64,000 nt of DNA, from NCBI GenBank assembly GCA_965218795.1, contig OZ244653.1, positions 1,120,001 through 1,184,000 of the forward strand. The letters run 5' to 3'. Position numbers and translations under genes: made by a program. Below, in pieces: positions 10,175-20,356 of this stretch. Below the pieces are notes generated by a model. It saw nothing but the letters and a program-made list of their open reading frames with translations. It did not search any database and had not been told where the DNA came from. Each line of letters begins with the position of its first letter. The stretch's first letter is position 1. The DNA comes from a bacterium (GTDB taxonomy: Bacteria > UBA8248 > JACPRG01 > G963555815).

Positions 10175-10897
10175 TCAGGCGCGGCGGGCCTCGGGATGAA
10201 TCAGTCGCCGATAGGCCTCCGCGATGGGGATCTTCTCGGGCTCCCCTATCCGGCTCCCCCACTCCCTCATCCTTTCCTCGAGATCGTCCGTCGAGGAAAC
10301 CTGGCTCGCATGACAGCGGAGGGCCTTCATCTTGATATCGAACGTCTCCGAGATATCCACGTAGTAATCCGGCGTGGCCGGGACGCCAAACAGCGCCTCT
10401 TGGATGGTATGAGGCTGGAAGTTCGATTCCATGAGCTCGGGGAAATAGAACGGATTTCCGGCCGCGGGATAGATGGAGTCGAATGCCGCTTCGGCCAGCG
10501 CCCGATGGTCAGGGTGGGACCCGTAAAAGTTGTCGAAGTTTCCCGAAGCGGGATCGGTTGTGGCCACGACATCGGGTTTGAAATCGCGGATATCGGCCAC
10601 AATCCCCCGCCTGAGCTCTCCGTGGTTCTCCAATTCCCCGTCCGGCATCCGGAGGAAGGTGATCCGTTCCACGCCCAATACACTGCCGGCGGCCCGCTGT
10701 TCCTCTTCCCGAATTCTGATCCGGTCCTCGAAAGGCAAATTTTCCGAAAAGCCCTTTTCCCCGCTCGTCGCAATGCAGTAGGCCACCGTCATCCCGGCTT
10801 GCGTCCAGGCCGCGACCGATCCGGCCATCAGGAATTCGATGTCATCGGGATGGGCCGCAATGATCAGAATCCGATCGTAATCGAATCCGTTTTCCAC
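10175..10897 (-). CDS. PIG-L/LmbE family deacetylase
   Basis: 'AHPDD', 'TSGEKG', 'HPDH', 'CHASQ'. Confidence 0.92.
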   Translation of the reverse strand: MENGFDYDRILIIAAHPDDIEFLMAGSVAAWTQAGMTVAYCIATSGEKGFSENLPFEDRIRIREEEQRAAGSVLGVERITFLRMPDGELENHGELRRGIVADIRDFKPDVVATTDPASGNFDNFYGSHPDHRALAEAAFDSIYPAAGNPFYFPELMESNFQPHTIQEALFGVPATPDYYVDISETFDIKMKALRCHASQVSSTDDLEERMREWGSRIGEPEKIPIAEAYRRLIHPEARRA

Positions 10898-11011
10898 TTC
10901 ACACGCACTCCTTCAAGACAGCGCTCGGGTCCGCCTTCAACCGGTCGAGTCCGAATTCGGGGGCTGCAAAGGGCTCGCCGCCCCCCTGAAGCTCCTCCTT
11001 TGATCGACCCC

Positions 11012-11536
11012 CTACGGCCGGTCATCCGGACGATGGAAAGACACCGCGTCGTCCATATGTGGGCCGACCTTCTCCTCATGCAACGGGAATTCCATCTGAA
11101 GTTTCAAAAGGGAGCGCTGGATGCGCCTCGATACCCATCCGGAGATCCATATCCGATCCAGCCAATCCCCCAAGGCGCCGCTTCCGAGAGAGAAATCCAC
11201 GGTCAGTGAGAGTTCCGTCCCAGCCGCCATTCGCTCCAATCGGATCTCTTCTGCAATCCGAAGCCCTCGGGGCCCGTCCAGGAGAAGAAGGCTGCGCTCC
11301 AAAGGAACACGCTCCGCCCAGATTCCCGTGACCTCGACGGAAACCGGGCCGACTCGCAGGCCTTCGCGGACCTGTGGACCCGTCTGAGCGTCCGGTTTCG
11401 GATTCTCCTTCTTCGGTTCGCGGAGGGCGATCCATAAACCCGTAATGGACCCGCCCGAAAGTCGGTCCCAAAGCCTGGCAGGATCCGCTCCCACGGTCTG
11501 GCGGAAGGTCAGGCGAGACAATTCACCATCCTCCAT
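11012..11536 (-). CDS. SRPBCC/START-like hypothetical protein
   Basis: 'ADPARLWDRL', 'EEIRLERMAAGTELSLTVDF', C-terminal helix 'IQRSLLKLQ'. Confidence 0.5.
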   Translation of the reverse strand: MEDGELSRLTFRQTVGADPARLWDRLSGGSITGLWIALREPKKENPKPDAQTGPQVREGLRVGPVSVEVTGIWAERVPLERSLLLLDGPRGLRIAEEIRLERMAAGTELSLTVDFSLGSGALGDWLDRIWISGWVSRRIQRSLLKLQMEFPLHEEKVGPHMDDAVSFHRPDDRP

Positions 11537-11859
11537 AAATTTCCGTCCCTCGGAACACCGCCGCGCTGCCTTCGCCGGCCGGTTCCGGACATGGCGCCTT
11601 CCCGAACTCCCGCAGGCTCTCCTCACCAGATTATGGCGGCGGGAACCCGAATGCAATTGACCGGGACAAACCGGATTCGAGTAAGATGGCCGCGGAACGG
11701 GGCATTTTTCTCAAGAACAAACTGATTCATTCGGCCGGGCGCTGAAGGACGGGGGCCATCCCCTTCCTGGAGCCAATCGACGAACCCTTCTCTTCCCGAG
11801 ATGTCGTCCCTTGTTTCGGGAGGGCGTGAGCAATCAGAAAATCGGGCGCGGTTCTTCTG

Positions 11860-12663
11860 GTGTGCGTATCCATGATGCTGACGGGATGTCGGGAGGTCAT
11901 CGAGCGTTTTTTCATCTATTTTCCCTCTCGGGAAATTTTCCTGACACCGGAAACGCACAATGTCCCGTTCGAAGATGTGGAATTCACGGCCGGGGACGGC
12001 GTAAAACTTCACGGTTGGTTCATCCCCGCGGGAAAGGAAGGCAGCGGCGCCCCCCCGACGCTCGTATGGTTTCACGGCAACGGCGGAAACCTGAGTCACA
12101 GAGTGACCAACATCGCCCTCCTCCGGCACCATGTCAGGACAAACATCTTTATCTTTGACTACCGGGGCTACGGCCGGAGCGAAGGGGTTCCCTCGGAATC
12201 GGGAATCTATCGCGACGGCGAGGCGGCGGTCCGTTACCTGTTGACCCGAACCGACGTCGACTCCGGGCGGCTGGTCTATTTCGGACGATCCCTGGGCGCC
12301 TCGGTCGCCCTGCAGGAGGCGCTCCGACACCCGCCGGCCGGGGTCATCCTGGAATCGCCGTTCATCTCAATCGCGGCCATGGCGCGGAAGCTTTACGGAC
12401 TGCCCCTCGGCAGGTTTCTTCTCACCCGGTACGACAACGAATCCAAGATCCGGCGGCTCGGTCTTCCCCTCCTGATTCTCCACGGCGATCGGGATCAGAT
12501 CGTGCCCCTGAAGATGGGCCGGGCCCTGTTCGATATGGCCAACGAGCCGAAAGACTTCTACGTGGTCAAGGGAGCCGGTCACAACGACATCGACATCACG
12601 GGCGGGGAGACCTACTTCAGACGTCTGGAGTCCTTTATCCTGGACCTCTTCGGACAAGAGTAA
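11860..12663 (+). CDS. Alpha/beta hydrolase (ABHD13/YfhR-like)
   Basis: 'FHGNGGN', 'DYRGYGRSEG', GRSLG nucleophile, 'HGDRD', 'GAGHND'. Confidence 0.92.
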   Translation: MCVSMMLTGCREVIERFFIYFPSREIFLTPETHNVPFEDVEFTAGDGVKLHGWFIPAGKEGSGAPPTLVWFHGNGGNLSHRVTNIALLRHHVRTNIFIFDYRGYGRSEGVPSESGIYRDGEAAVRYLLTRTDVDSGRLVYFGRSLGASVALQEALRHPPAGVILESPFISIAAMARKLYGLPLGRFLLTRYDNESKIRRLGLPLLILHGDRDQIVPLKMGRALFDMANEPKDFYVVKGAGHNDIDITGGETYFRRLESFILDLFGQE

Positions 12664-12779
12664 GGTCGGAATTCCGGCGCTGTCTTTCGTGACCCCTTTT
12701 TGACAGGGGCCGGTGACTGTCTACGCCTGGCCCGTTCTTCATCATTGAGACGGCGAATCCGGTATACCGGCGGACATCC

Positions 12780-13697
12780 CTACCCGAAGGCCGACACCAA
12801 AGGACTCAGGGCCACCGCCAACAACAGGCCAAAGCGTAGATGCAACGACGCCGCACTGCGGAGGGCCTGGTGCAGAACCGCGCGTTCACGTCCTCCGTAA
12901 ACCTTCTTGGCCGTCACCATGCCTTGAGGGAACACCAGAAACGGAGCGAGCCACGCCCACGAACCCGTGCCGCCGAGGACCATCACCGCAAGACTCCCAA
13001 ACGCGAGCATGAGTAACCCGCAGAAGACGTATGAGGCCGCGCGATGGCCCCAAACCGTCGCAATGCTCGCCTTGCCGTTCTGCCTGTCCTCGTCCACGTC
13101 GCGGAGGTTGTTCAAAACGAGAATCGCCGTCACCAGGCAGCCAATCGGCACCGACAGCCACACGACCAGCCAGTTCAGATCGTGCGAATAGACATAGAAG
13201 GTGGACATCACCATGATGGGCCCCATAAAGACGAAAACCAACGGTTCCCCCAACCCCAATGCGCCCAGAGACCTCGGTCCGGCGCTGTACCCATAGGCCA
13301 CCGCCGCACTGGCCAAACAGACAAGGGCAAGGGGCCATCCCGTGCGCGCCACCAGATAAGCACCGAGGATCGTCGCCAAGCCAAAACAGACCGCGGCGCC
13401 ACGGCGGACGCCACGCGGCGTCAGGTCGCCCCGGGCAATCACCTTGTAGGGGGCCGGCACCTTGCCGGCGGCCTGTCCCAGGGCATGGTCCGCGTATTCA
13501 TCGACCAGGTTGGCGCCGCTCTGCACCAACACTGAACCCAGAAGCATGAGGAGGAACAGCCATCCGTCGAAGACCCCGTATCGGCTCGCCAGCGCGCTTC
13601 CCACGACAACCGGCACCACCGATGCGCTCAAGGAAAAGGGACGAATGGCCCGATACCAGATCTCTATCTTGCGCCACATCTTCATCCACCTATTCAT
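12780..13697 (-). CDS. menA: 1,4-dihydroxy-2-naphthoate prenyltransferase (UbiA family)
   Basis: 'RPFSLSAS', 'NLVDEYAD', 'GLGE', 'NNLRDVDEDRQNGK'. Confidence 0.88.
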   Translation of the reverse strand: MNRWMKMWRKIEIWYRAIRPFSLSASVVPVVVGSALASRYGVFDGWLFLLMLLGSVLVQSGANLVDEYADHALGQAAGKVPAPYKVIARGDLTPRGVRRGAAVCFGLATILGAYLVARTGWPLALVCLASAAVAYGYSAGPRSLGALGLGEPLVFVFMGPIMVMSTFYVYSHDLNWLVVWLSVPIGCLVTAILVLNNLRDVDEDRQNGKASIATVWGHRAASYVFCGLLMLAFGSLAVMVLGGTGSWAWLAPFLVFPQGMVTAKKVYGGRERAVLHQALRSAASLHLRFGLLLAVALSPLVSAFG

Positions 13698-13722
13698 TCG
13701 GTTGCGATTGAGCTGACAGGAC

Positions 13723-14088
13723 TTAGGAGGGCGGGGCGGGGTGAGCCTTCAAGGGCGGAGAATAGACGATGATAAACCGTGTCACGGGATCGCCCGTCGC
13801 CTCGATCCGATGCGGCATGTCGACCGGAAAGAAGATGACACCCCCCTCGCCGATCTCCTTGGACTGACCGTTGATTTCGATCAGCGCGCTTCCCTCCAGC
13901 AGATACATCCCCTGCTCCAAGTCGGGGTGAGAGTGGCGGTGGGCCACCGCCCCTTTCTTCAGCACGCCGAGAACCAGGTGGAAATTCTCGGCCCGGCCGA
14001 TCAGCCTGCGGTTCACGGTGCCGCTGTGACCGGCGGGCTCATAGGTCGGTACATCATCCTGATGGTAAACGAAATCATCGATGTTCAT
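13723..14088 (-). CDS. Cupin domain protein
   Basis: 'HSHPDLEQGMYLLEG...PVDMPH' cupin metal motifs. Confidence 0.9.
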   Translation of the reverse strand: MNIDDFVYHQDDVPTYEPAGHSGTVNRRLIGRAENFHLVLGVLKKGAVAHRHSHPDLEQGMYLLEGSALIEINGQSKEIGEGGVIFFPVDMPHRIEATGDPVTRFIIVYSPPLKAHPAPPS

Positions 14089-14239
14089 CGAGGTCTCATC
14101 CCTTGAAGTCCTCCCGCTACTCCGAACGACCCGTTGATCCGATTGCCCTATAATAACCTACTCTATTGGATTCATTTCGATTGGACCGAGCGGTTTCTCT
14201 GGCACCGCACGCCCGTCTCAGCGCAAGGAGAGGCCCCGC

Positions 14240-15025
14240 ATGGCGGAAGAGCGAGTCATCGAAATCATCGTCGAAGACCACATCGCCCGCGTCCTGTTGA
14301 ATCGCCCGGCGGCATTGAACGCCATCAATTGGGCGTTCATCCGCCAGATGGACACCGCCATGGAAGATCTGGCCGGCAACCACGATATCCGGGTGGTTTA
14401 CTTCGAAGGCTCGGGTGAGAGGGCCTTCTCGGCCGGGGCGGACCTGAAAGAACGAAAAAACATGCCTATGGCCGACGTCGCCCAACTTCGGAAAGAGATG
14501 ATCGCCATGTTTCGCAAGATCACGGACTTCCCGAAGCCGACGATCGCCGCCGTGCGGGGCTATGCCCTGGGCGGAGGATTCGAGCTGTGCCTGGCATGCG
14601 ACATCATCGTCGCCGACGAAACCGCCGTCTTCGGGCTGACCGAGACGAGCCTCGGGATCATGCCCGGTGCGGGCGGAACGCAGGCGCTTCCCCGCCGTAT
14701 CGGCGTCAGTCGGGCAAAAGAGCTCATTTTCACCGCCAGGCGGGTCGAGATCCGGGAGGCCGAGCGGCTCGGCATCCCCAACCAAGTCGTCCCCCCGGGC
14801 GAAGCCGGCAACGCCGCAAGAGAGTTGGCCGAAAAGATCGCGGCGAACGCGCCCGTCTCTGTGTGTCAGGCCAAAGCCGCGATTGACGGCGGCGTGGGCA
14901 AGCCGCCGTCCGAGGGCTGGGCCATCGAGGAAGCGGCGTACAACGTGACTCTGGAGACGGAAGACCGGAACGAAGCGCTCCGCGCGTTTGCCGAAAAGAG
15001 ACCTCCGAAATTTCAGGGTCGATAA
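14240..15025 (+). CDS. Enoyl-CoA hydratase/isomerase family protein
   Basis: 'FSAGADLKE', 'ALGGGFEL..CD', 'E..LGIMPGAGGTQ', 'AFAEKRPPKF'. Confidence 0.95.
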   Translation: MAEERVIEIIVEDHIARVLLNRPAALNAINWAFIRQMDTAMEDLAGNHDIRVVYFEGSGERAFSAGADLKERKNMPMADVAQLRKEMIAMFRKITDFPKPTIAAVRGYALGGGFELCLACDIIVADETAVFGLTETSLGIMPGAGGTQALPRRIGVSRAKELIFTARRVEIREAERLGIPNQVVPPGEAGNAARELAEKIAANAPVSVCQAKAAIDGGVGKPPSEGWAIEEAAYNVTLETEDRNEALRAFAEKRPPKFQGR

Positions 15026-15104
15026 CCCTCCGCGCCGGCCGGAGCGGGCCGGTTGTCGGGCCTTCGGATTGATTCGCACCCACCTCCGCTTCCGGGAAAG
15101 GTCA

Positions 15105-15965
15105 ATGGTTTCCGCAATCCTCGGGTTGACGGTGGGCTTTTGCTATGCCCTGTCTCATTTCATGGTCCGGCTCGGCCTCGACCGATCCAATCCGGATTCC
15201 GCGGTTGCCGTTTCCATCGGCGTCAACGCCGTCTTCCTGTGGGTGTTGGCGATTGCCTTCTCTCCTATCCGCCCGGTTCTATCCTGGACGGCCTGGCCTT
15301 TTGTCCTGGCGGGTCTGTTTGCCCCGACCTTTGCGCGAATGCTTCTGTACCGGGGCGTGGACCGAATCGGATTGGCTCGGTCCGCCGCGCTGCTGGGGGC
15401 GGCGCCGCTTTTCGCCGTCATGCTCGCCGTACCCATTCTCGGTGAACGTCCTTCGATCATGACCATCATGGGAACGTTTGCCATTGTCATCGGGGTATTC
15501 GTGTTGAACTTCTCGCGGGCCCCCCGGGGCGAATGGACATGGTGGGTCACCTGTTTGCCCCTTGGGGCGGCCCTGTGCTTCGGCCTCCGCGATTTTCTGA
15601 CAAAGAAGGGCTTGGGGAGTCTGCCGATTCCCTTGTCGGCGGCGGCGGTGACCGCTACGACATCCCTGTTCGTCTTCTTGGCATCCTCCCTGCTCTCAAA
15701 ACACCGAGAGCGTCTGGTCTTGCCGAAAAGAAGCTTCTGGTTGTTCTTGGGATCCGGAATGTTTCTCATGTTTTCCTATATCTGTTCCTTCTTCGCGCTG
15801 TGATCGGGACTGGTGAGCCAGGTGTCTCCTCTCATGAGCGTCAGTCCGCTGTTCTCCGTCATCCTGAGCTATCTCTTCCTCCAGTCCGAGGAGAAGGTGA
15901 CCGGGATGGTCGCCTGCGGCGCCGTGCTCGTTGTGGCCGGGGCGCTGAGCATTACACTCGGGTGA
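15105..15965 (+). pseudogene. DMT/EamA family transporter interrupted by in-frame TGA at 15801-15803
   Basis: Same frame continues past TGA as 'SGLVSQVSPLMSVSPLFSVILSYLFLQSEEKVTGMVACGAVLVVAGALSITLG*', the expected last two EamA helices. Confidence 0.8.
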
Positions 15966-16062
15966 ATCGGACAACGGATTCCGGCGTATAATGAGGAGAA
16001 TCCGGGGACCCCGGTGAGAAACAATGTCCGTTTCTCCTCCCCTCTCTCACAGGTCAGGGAAA

Positions 16063-17310
16063 ATGATCGACCGTCTGGAAGAGATTCAGGAAGTCCCTAC
16101 CCAGCTTTTCGACGTCTACACGGACACGCGGGAAATCCTCGCTCACGCCAAGCGCCAGGCCGGGGAACGGAAGTACCACGAATTTCCCATCTTCGACGTG
16201 GACTCCCACGTCATCGAGGCCTCGCGCTGGCATGAAGTGGCCCCGTTCATCGAAGACCCGGTCCTCCGCGACAACGCCCTCGATTTCTGCAAGAACAAGG
16301 CCGGGGCGCCGCCCTACGGCCTGAACGTCAGCCCCGGCATGCTCTACCAGGACGTGGGGGGGCGCATCGTCCAGGACCTTGACCGGCGTGAGACCGTCGA
16401 TGAATCGGAGGGGCACCGGGACGTCGCGCTCATCCGGCGCGCCATGGCCAGCATCGGCCTGGACTACATGGTGGTCTTCCCGACCTCCCTCCTGCACATG
16501 GGCATGCACCCCCAATTCGACATGGAAATCGTCATGTCCCGGGCGTTCAATCGTTGGATGGTGGAAACCATTCTCAAAGCCGAGCCGCGCATCAAGACGC
16601 GGCTCTACCTCCCGTTCAGCAACCCCGAGGCCTCCCTGCGGATGGTCGAAGAGTTCGCGGAGGAGCCGGGCGTGATCGGATTCATGATTGTCAGCGTGAG
16701 GCAGAACCCCGTCCAGGCAAACGAAAACATGAAACTCTACGCCGCCCTTCAGGAAAGGGGCCTCCCCCTGGCGTTTCACAGCGCTTACTATTGGCAAGAC
16801 CAAATCATGAGCCAGTTCAATCGTTTCCTCGGCATGCACTCCGTCGGTTTCGTGCTGTGGAACCTCGTCCACCTGGTCAATTGGGTCACCCACGGGATCC
16901 CCGAGCGGTTTCCGGGCCTGAAGGTCATCTGGATCGAGAGCGACCTGGCCTGGATTCCATTCATCATGCAGCGCCTCGACAACGAATACATGTTGCGCAG
17001 CTCGGAAGCTCCCGCACTGAAACGTCTGCCGAGCGAATACATCCGCGAGATGTTCTTCAGCTCCCAACCCCTGGAGCGGCAGAACATGGAGGGCCTGGAG
17101 TTCACCTTCAAGATGATCGACGCCGAGACGCAGCTCCTGTATGCTTCGGACTGGCCTCATCAGGATTTCGACCTGCCCAGCACGATTTACGACCTGCCAT
17201 TCCTGAACGAAAAGGCGAAGCGGAACATTCTGGGCGAGAACGCCCTGAGGCTCTTCAACCTGGAACCACCGGCCGGAAATGGGGCAGCGCATTCGAACTC
17301 TCCGACGTGA
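16063..17310 (+). CDS. Amidohydrolase_2 family protein
   Basis: 'DVDSH' metal motif, 'PLAFHS', 'ERFPGLKVIWIES', 'YASDWPHQDFD', 'ILGENA'. Confidence 0.92.
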   Translation: MIDRLEEIQEVPTQLFDVYTDTREILAHAKRQAGERKYHEFPIFDVDSHVIEASRWHEVAPFIEDPVLRDNALDFCKNKAGAPPYGLNVSPGMLYQDVGGRIVQDLDRRETVDESEGHRDVALIRRAMASIGLDYMVVFPTSLLHMGMHPQFDMEIVMSRAFNRWMVETILKAEPRIKTRLYLPFSNPEASLRMVEEFAEEPGVIGFMIVSVRQNPVQANENMKLYAALQERGLPLAFHSAYYWQDQIMSQFNRFLGMHSVGFVLWNLVHLVNWVTHGIPERFPGLKVIWIESDLAWIPFIMQRLDNEYMLRSSEAPALKRLPSEYIREMFFSSQPLERQNMEGLEFTFKMIDAETQLLYASDWPHQDFDLPSTIYDLPFLNEKAKRNILGENALRLFNLEPPAGNGAAHSNSPT

Positions 17311-17364
17311 CTCGAAACGCCGACAGGTTCCAACCATCAGGAAATCCTTCTGAGGAGTTTTCAA

Positions 17365-17730
17365 GTGGCCGAAGTATTCGTGGGGAACGAATCCGAGTTC
17401 GAGGAAAGCGGACGACGGGTGATCGACGTCGACGGCCTGGAGATTGGGGTGTTTCGCGTCAAGGGCAACTTTTACGCTTACGAAAGCGAATGCGCCCATC
17501 AGGGAGGGCCGGTTTGCCAGGGGAGGATTTATCAGCGCGTCGAAGAGGACCTGACCCCGGACGGCGCGAGCGCGGGCTTCAGGTATTCAGAAGATCGGCT
17601 TCATATTGTATGCCCATGGCACGGCTATGAGTACGATCTCGAAACGGGCGTCTTTCCCGCCAACCCCAAGGTGCGCCTTCGAAAATTCGAGGTGACCGTC
17701 CGCGACGGCGAAGTGTTCGTGTCAGTGTAG
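17365..17730 (+). CDS. Rieske [2Fe-2S] ferredoxin
   Basis: 'CAHQGGP...CPWHG'. Confidence 0.93.
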   Translation: MAEVFVGNESEFEESGRRVIDVDGLEIGVFRVKGNFYAYESECAHQGGPVCQGRIYQRVEEDLTPDGASAGFRYSEDRLHIVCPWHGYEYDLETGVFPANPKVRLRKFEVTVRDGEVFVSV

Positions 17731-17797
17731 CGTCCCGCCCTGTCCAGCCGGAGATGTCATTCCGAGCGCAGGGGAAGGCCCTTCTCTCAATGATTGA

Positions 17798-20104
17798 TCA
17801 ATCCGTTTTTCCCTGAAGCGCCTTCAGGATCTTTTCCGGCGTAATCGGCAAGTCGCGCACCCTCACGCCGATGGCGTCGTGGACTGCATTCGCAATGGCG
17901 GCCGCCGGGGAATTCAAGGTCGACTCGGAGACGCCCTTGACCTCCAGATCGTCGATCTCCTCCGGCTCCACGAATTCCACCCGGCTTGATGGAACGTCCA
18001 GCGCCGTCGGAACCTTGTAGCCGTCGAATTGCGCGTTCGCCACCGCTCCCGAGGCCCTGTCGATCACGAGGTGTTCAGTCAACGCAAGGCCGATCCCCTG
18101 CGCAAAGCCGCCCTCGACCTGCCCCATCGCTCCAGGCGGATTCACAACCCGTCCGATGTCATGGGCGTCCACCATGTCCAGAATCTCGACCGCCCCGGTT
18201 TCCACATCGACCCCCACCTTGACGCACTGCACGCCGAACGCGGGAGGGTTCCCCGGCGGCGGGGAGGTCGCTTGGCCGACGATGGATCTCATCTCGGTAT
18301 AGTGATAGTGCTCGGCGGTCTCCCTGAAGGTAAGAGAAGGCTTCTTGGGTTCCCGAGAGAAAACCCTCCCCCTCGCCGTCTCCAGGCTCGCCGGATCTTC
18401 GCCCATCAGACGCCCGGCCGCTTCCAGAAGCCTTTCTCTCGCGTCCATCGCGGCCAGGCGCACGGAGTAGCCCGCGGCAAACGTAATCCGGCTGGCGTGC
18501 GTCGGCGCGTCGAAAGGAGCGGCATCCGAATCCGTGGGCACGACGACGACAACCTCCACGGGCACCCCCAGCACGTCGGCCGCGATTTGACTCAGAACCG
18601 TCGCCTGTCCGCACCCCTGCTCGATCGTTGCGATGTTCAGGTGGACGCTGCCGTCTTCGTTGACCTTCACGATGGCGCCGCAGAACTCGATCACCTTTGC
18701 GGGCAAATCCTTTGCCGTGTGGACCCCTGTGTTTTTCATTCCGCAAAAAGCCAGGCCCAGGCCCACCTTCTGGTTGGGAGCCGGCGGGGTCCGCGCCTCC
18801 GGATCGTCCCAGCCAATGAGCTCGCGGGCCCTGGACGCGCACCCGGGCAAAGAGCTCGACCGGATCGTCAGGTCCGTCAAAGGAGAAACTTCGCCCGGCC
18901 GGTAGACGTTTTGGACACGAAAATCGAACGGATCGAAATCCAGCTCGCCCGCGATCCGGTCCATGTGGCACTCGACGGCGTAGTTGGTCTGCACCGCCCC
19001 GTACCCTCGCATCGCACCGGAGGGGAAGTTGTTCGTATAGACCGCGAAACCCTCGAAAAGATAATTTGGGGTTTTGTAGGCCCCCACGAAGACGCTTCCG
19101 CCGACCAGAATGACGGAGGGCCCGTGATTGGCGGATGCGCCGATGTCCATCCAGGCCTTCATCCGTCGGGCGGTGAGGGAACCGTCGTGTTTGACCCCGG
19201 TTCTCACCCATATGCGGGAGGGATGCCGCGCCGTCCGGGTGAATTCCTCCTGATGGGTGTTCTCGATCCGTACGGGCCGTTGCAGGCGGAGAGCGGCCAA
19301 GGCGCAGAGCGCCTCATTGGCGATCATGTCGAGACCCTTGCCGAAGGCCCCTCCGAGGAACGGCCGGATGACGCGGAAGGTCGAGAGCGGAAGCCCCAGG
19401 CTTTCCGACAGCCGCGCGCGAAGCCCGAAAATGGATTGGGTGGTTGAGAGCACGGCCACGCGATTTCCCGTCTCGGGCCAGCAGCAGACGAGGTGCGGCT
19501 CCAGCGCCACCTGGTTCACGCGCTGTGTTTTGAACACGTCCTCGAACACTTCATCCGCCTGGGCGAAGCCTTCTTCCACCTCCCCTTTGCGGAGCGTAAT
19601 CGGCTCGTCGGGCTTGCGTAATCCCAGGCTGATGTTTCCGCGGACCCCCCGGCGGACCTCCGGGGCGCCCCGCCGGATCGCGCTTTCCAGATCGAAAACC
19701 GCCGGACCCTCCTCCCATTCCGCCTTGATCCGCGAGAGGGCCTCCTCCGCCTGATCCACCGTATCCGCAACAACCAAAGCGATGGGCTGTCCGATGTATC
19801 GGGCGACGTCATCCAGGATGACTTCGTCCTTCACCTGCACATCGGTATGCGGATTTTGCTGGTTGTAGATGGGGTTGTAGCGGTGTCGGGGGACGTCTTC
19901 ATGGCCCAGGACAAGATGAACGCCCGGGACCTTCCGGGCCTGCTCGAAGTCGAGATACAGCACGCGCCCATAGGGAACGGGGCTCCTGAAGATTTTCCCA
20001 ACCAGTGAATCGGGAAGATGAGTGTCGCAGACGAACCGGAGTCGGCCGGTGGACTTGTCGGCTCCGTCAACGCGGAGGACAGGTTGTCCAATCACAGCGC
20101 CCAT
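17798..20104 (-). CDS. Xanthine dehydrogenase-family molybdopterin-binding subunit
   Basis: 'GGAFGK', 'AMRGYG..Q', 'EQGCG', 'ASR', 'GQVEGG..QG', 'KGVSE'. Confidence 0.93.
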   Translation of the reverse strand: MGAVIGQPVLRVDGADKSTGRLRFVCDTHLPDSLVGKIFRSPVPYGRVLYLDFEQARKVPGVHLVLGHEDVPRHRYNPIYNQQNPHTDVQVKDEVILDDVARYIGQPIALVVADTVDQAEEALSRIKAEWEEGPAVFDLESAIRRGAPEVRRGVRGNISLGLRKPDEPITLRKGEVEEGFAQADEVFEDVFKTQRVNQVALEPHLVCCWPETGNRVAVLSTTQSIFGLRARLSESLGLPLSTFRVIRPFLGGAFGKGLDMIANEALCALAALRLQRPVRIENTHQEEFTRTARHPSRIWVRTGVKHDGSLTARRMKAWMDIGASANHGPSVILVGGSVFVGAYKTPNYLFEGFAVYTNNFPSGAMRGYGAVQTNYAVECHMDRIAGELDFDPFDFRVQNVYRPGEVSPLTDLTIRSSSLPGCASRARELIGWDDPEARTPPAPNQKVGLGLAFCGMKNTGVHTAKDLPAKVIEFCGAIVKVNEDGSVHLNIATIEQGCGQATVLSQIAADVLGVPVEVVVVVPTDSDAAPFDAPTHASRITFAAGYSVRLAAMDARERLLEAAGRLMGEDPASLETARGRVFSREPKKPSLTFRETAEHYHYTEMRSIVGQATSPPPGNPPAFGVQCVKVGVDVETGAVEILDMVDAHDIGRVVNPPGAMGQVEGGFAQGIGLALTEHLVIDRASGAVANAQFDGYKVPTALDVPSSRVEFVEPEEIDDLEVKGVSESTLNSPAAAIANAVHDAIGVRVRDLPITPEKILKALQGKTD

Positions 20105-20135
20105 CGCGGGGCCTCTCTTCCAAGGCGGGGCGGGA

Positions 20136-20216
20136 GGAATTCAAGGTCGACTCGGAGACGCCCTTGACCTCCAGATCGTCGATCCTCTCCGGCTCCACGA
20201 ATTCCACCCAGCTTGA
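20136..20216 (-). repeat. 81-bp near-identical copy (3 mismatches) of xdh 3' region 17909-17989
   Basis: Direct sequence comparison; encodes 'VEFVEPERIDDLEVKGVSESTLNS'. Confidence 0.9.
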
Positions 20217-20293
20217 GGGTAGCACATCGTTTGGCTCTCGCCACCGACGGAGAGCCGATTTCACCCCAATGAGGTGCCAACCCGTGTGCGTGC

Positions 20294-20322
20294 TTGACAC
20301 TTCACCCTCAACAGCGTCTAAT
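20294..20322 (+). promoter_or_regulatory. Sigma70-type promoter for parA cassette
   Basis: TTGACA-17 nt-TCTAAT, GGAG RBS before ATG 20357. Confidence 0.65.
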
Positions 20323-20356
20323 TCGTCCTGTTCACCTACCTGTTTGGAGCATACAA

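Noticed and set aside
15801-15803. Selenocysteine or alternative genetic code at the in-frame TGA
   Set aside because: Non-catalytic membrane-protein position; TGA is a normal stop elsewhere; the other lesions in the window are TAA or frameshifts
20136-20216. xdh near-duplicate as a DGR template/variable repeat pair
   Set aside because: Only 3 mismatches, not consistently at adenines, and no reverse transcriptase in the window
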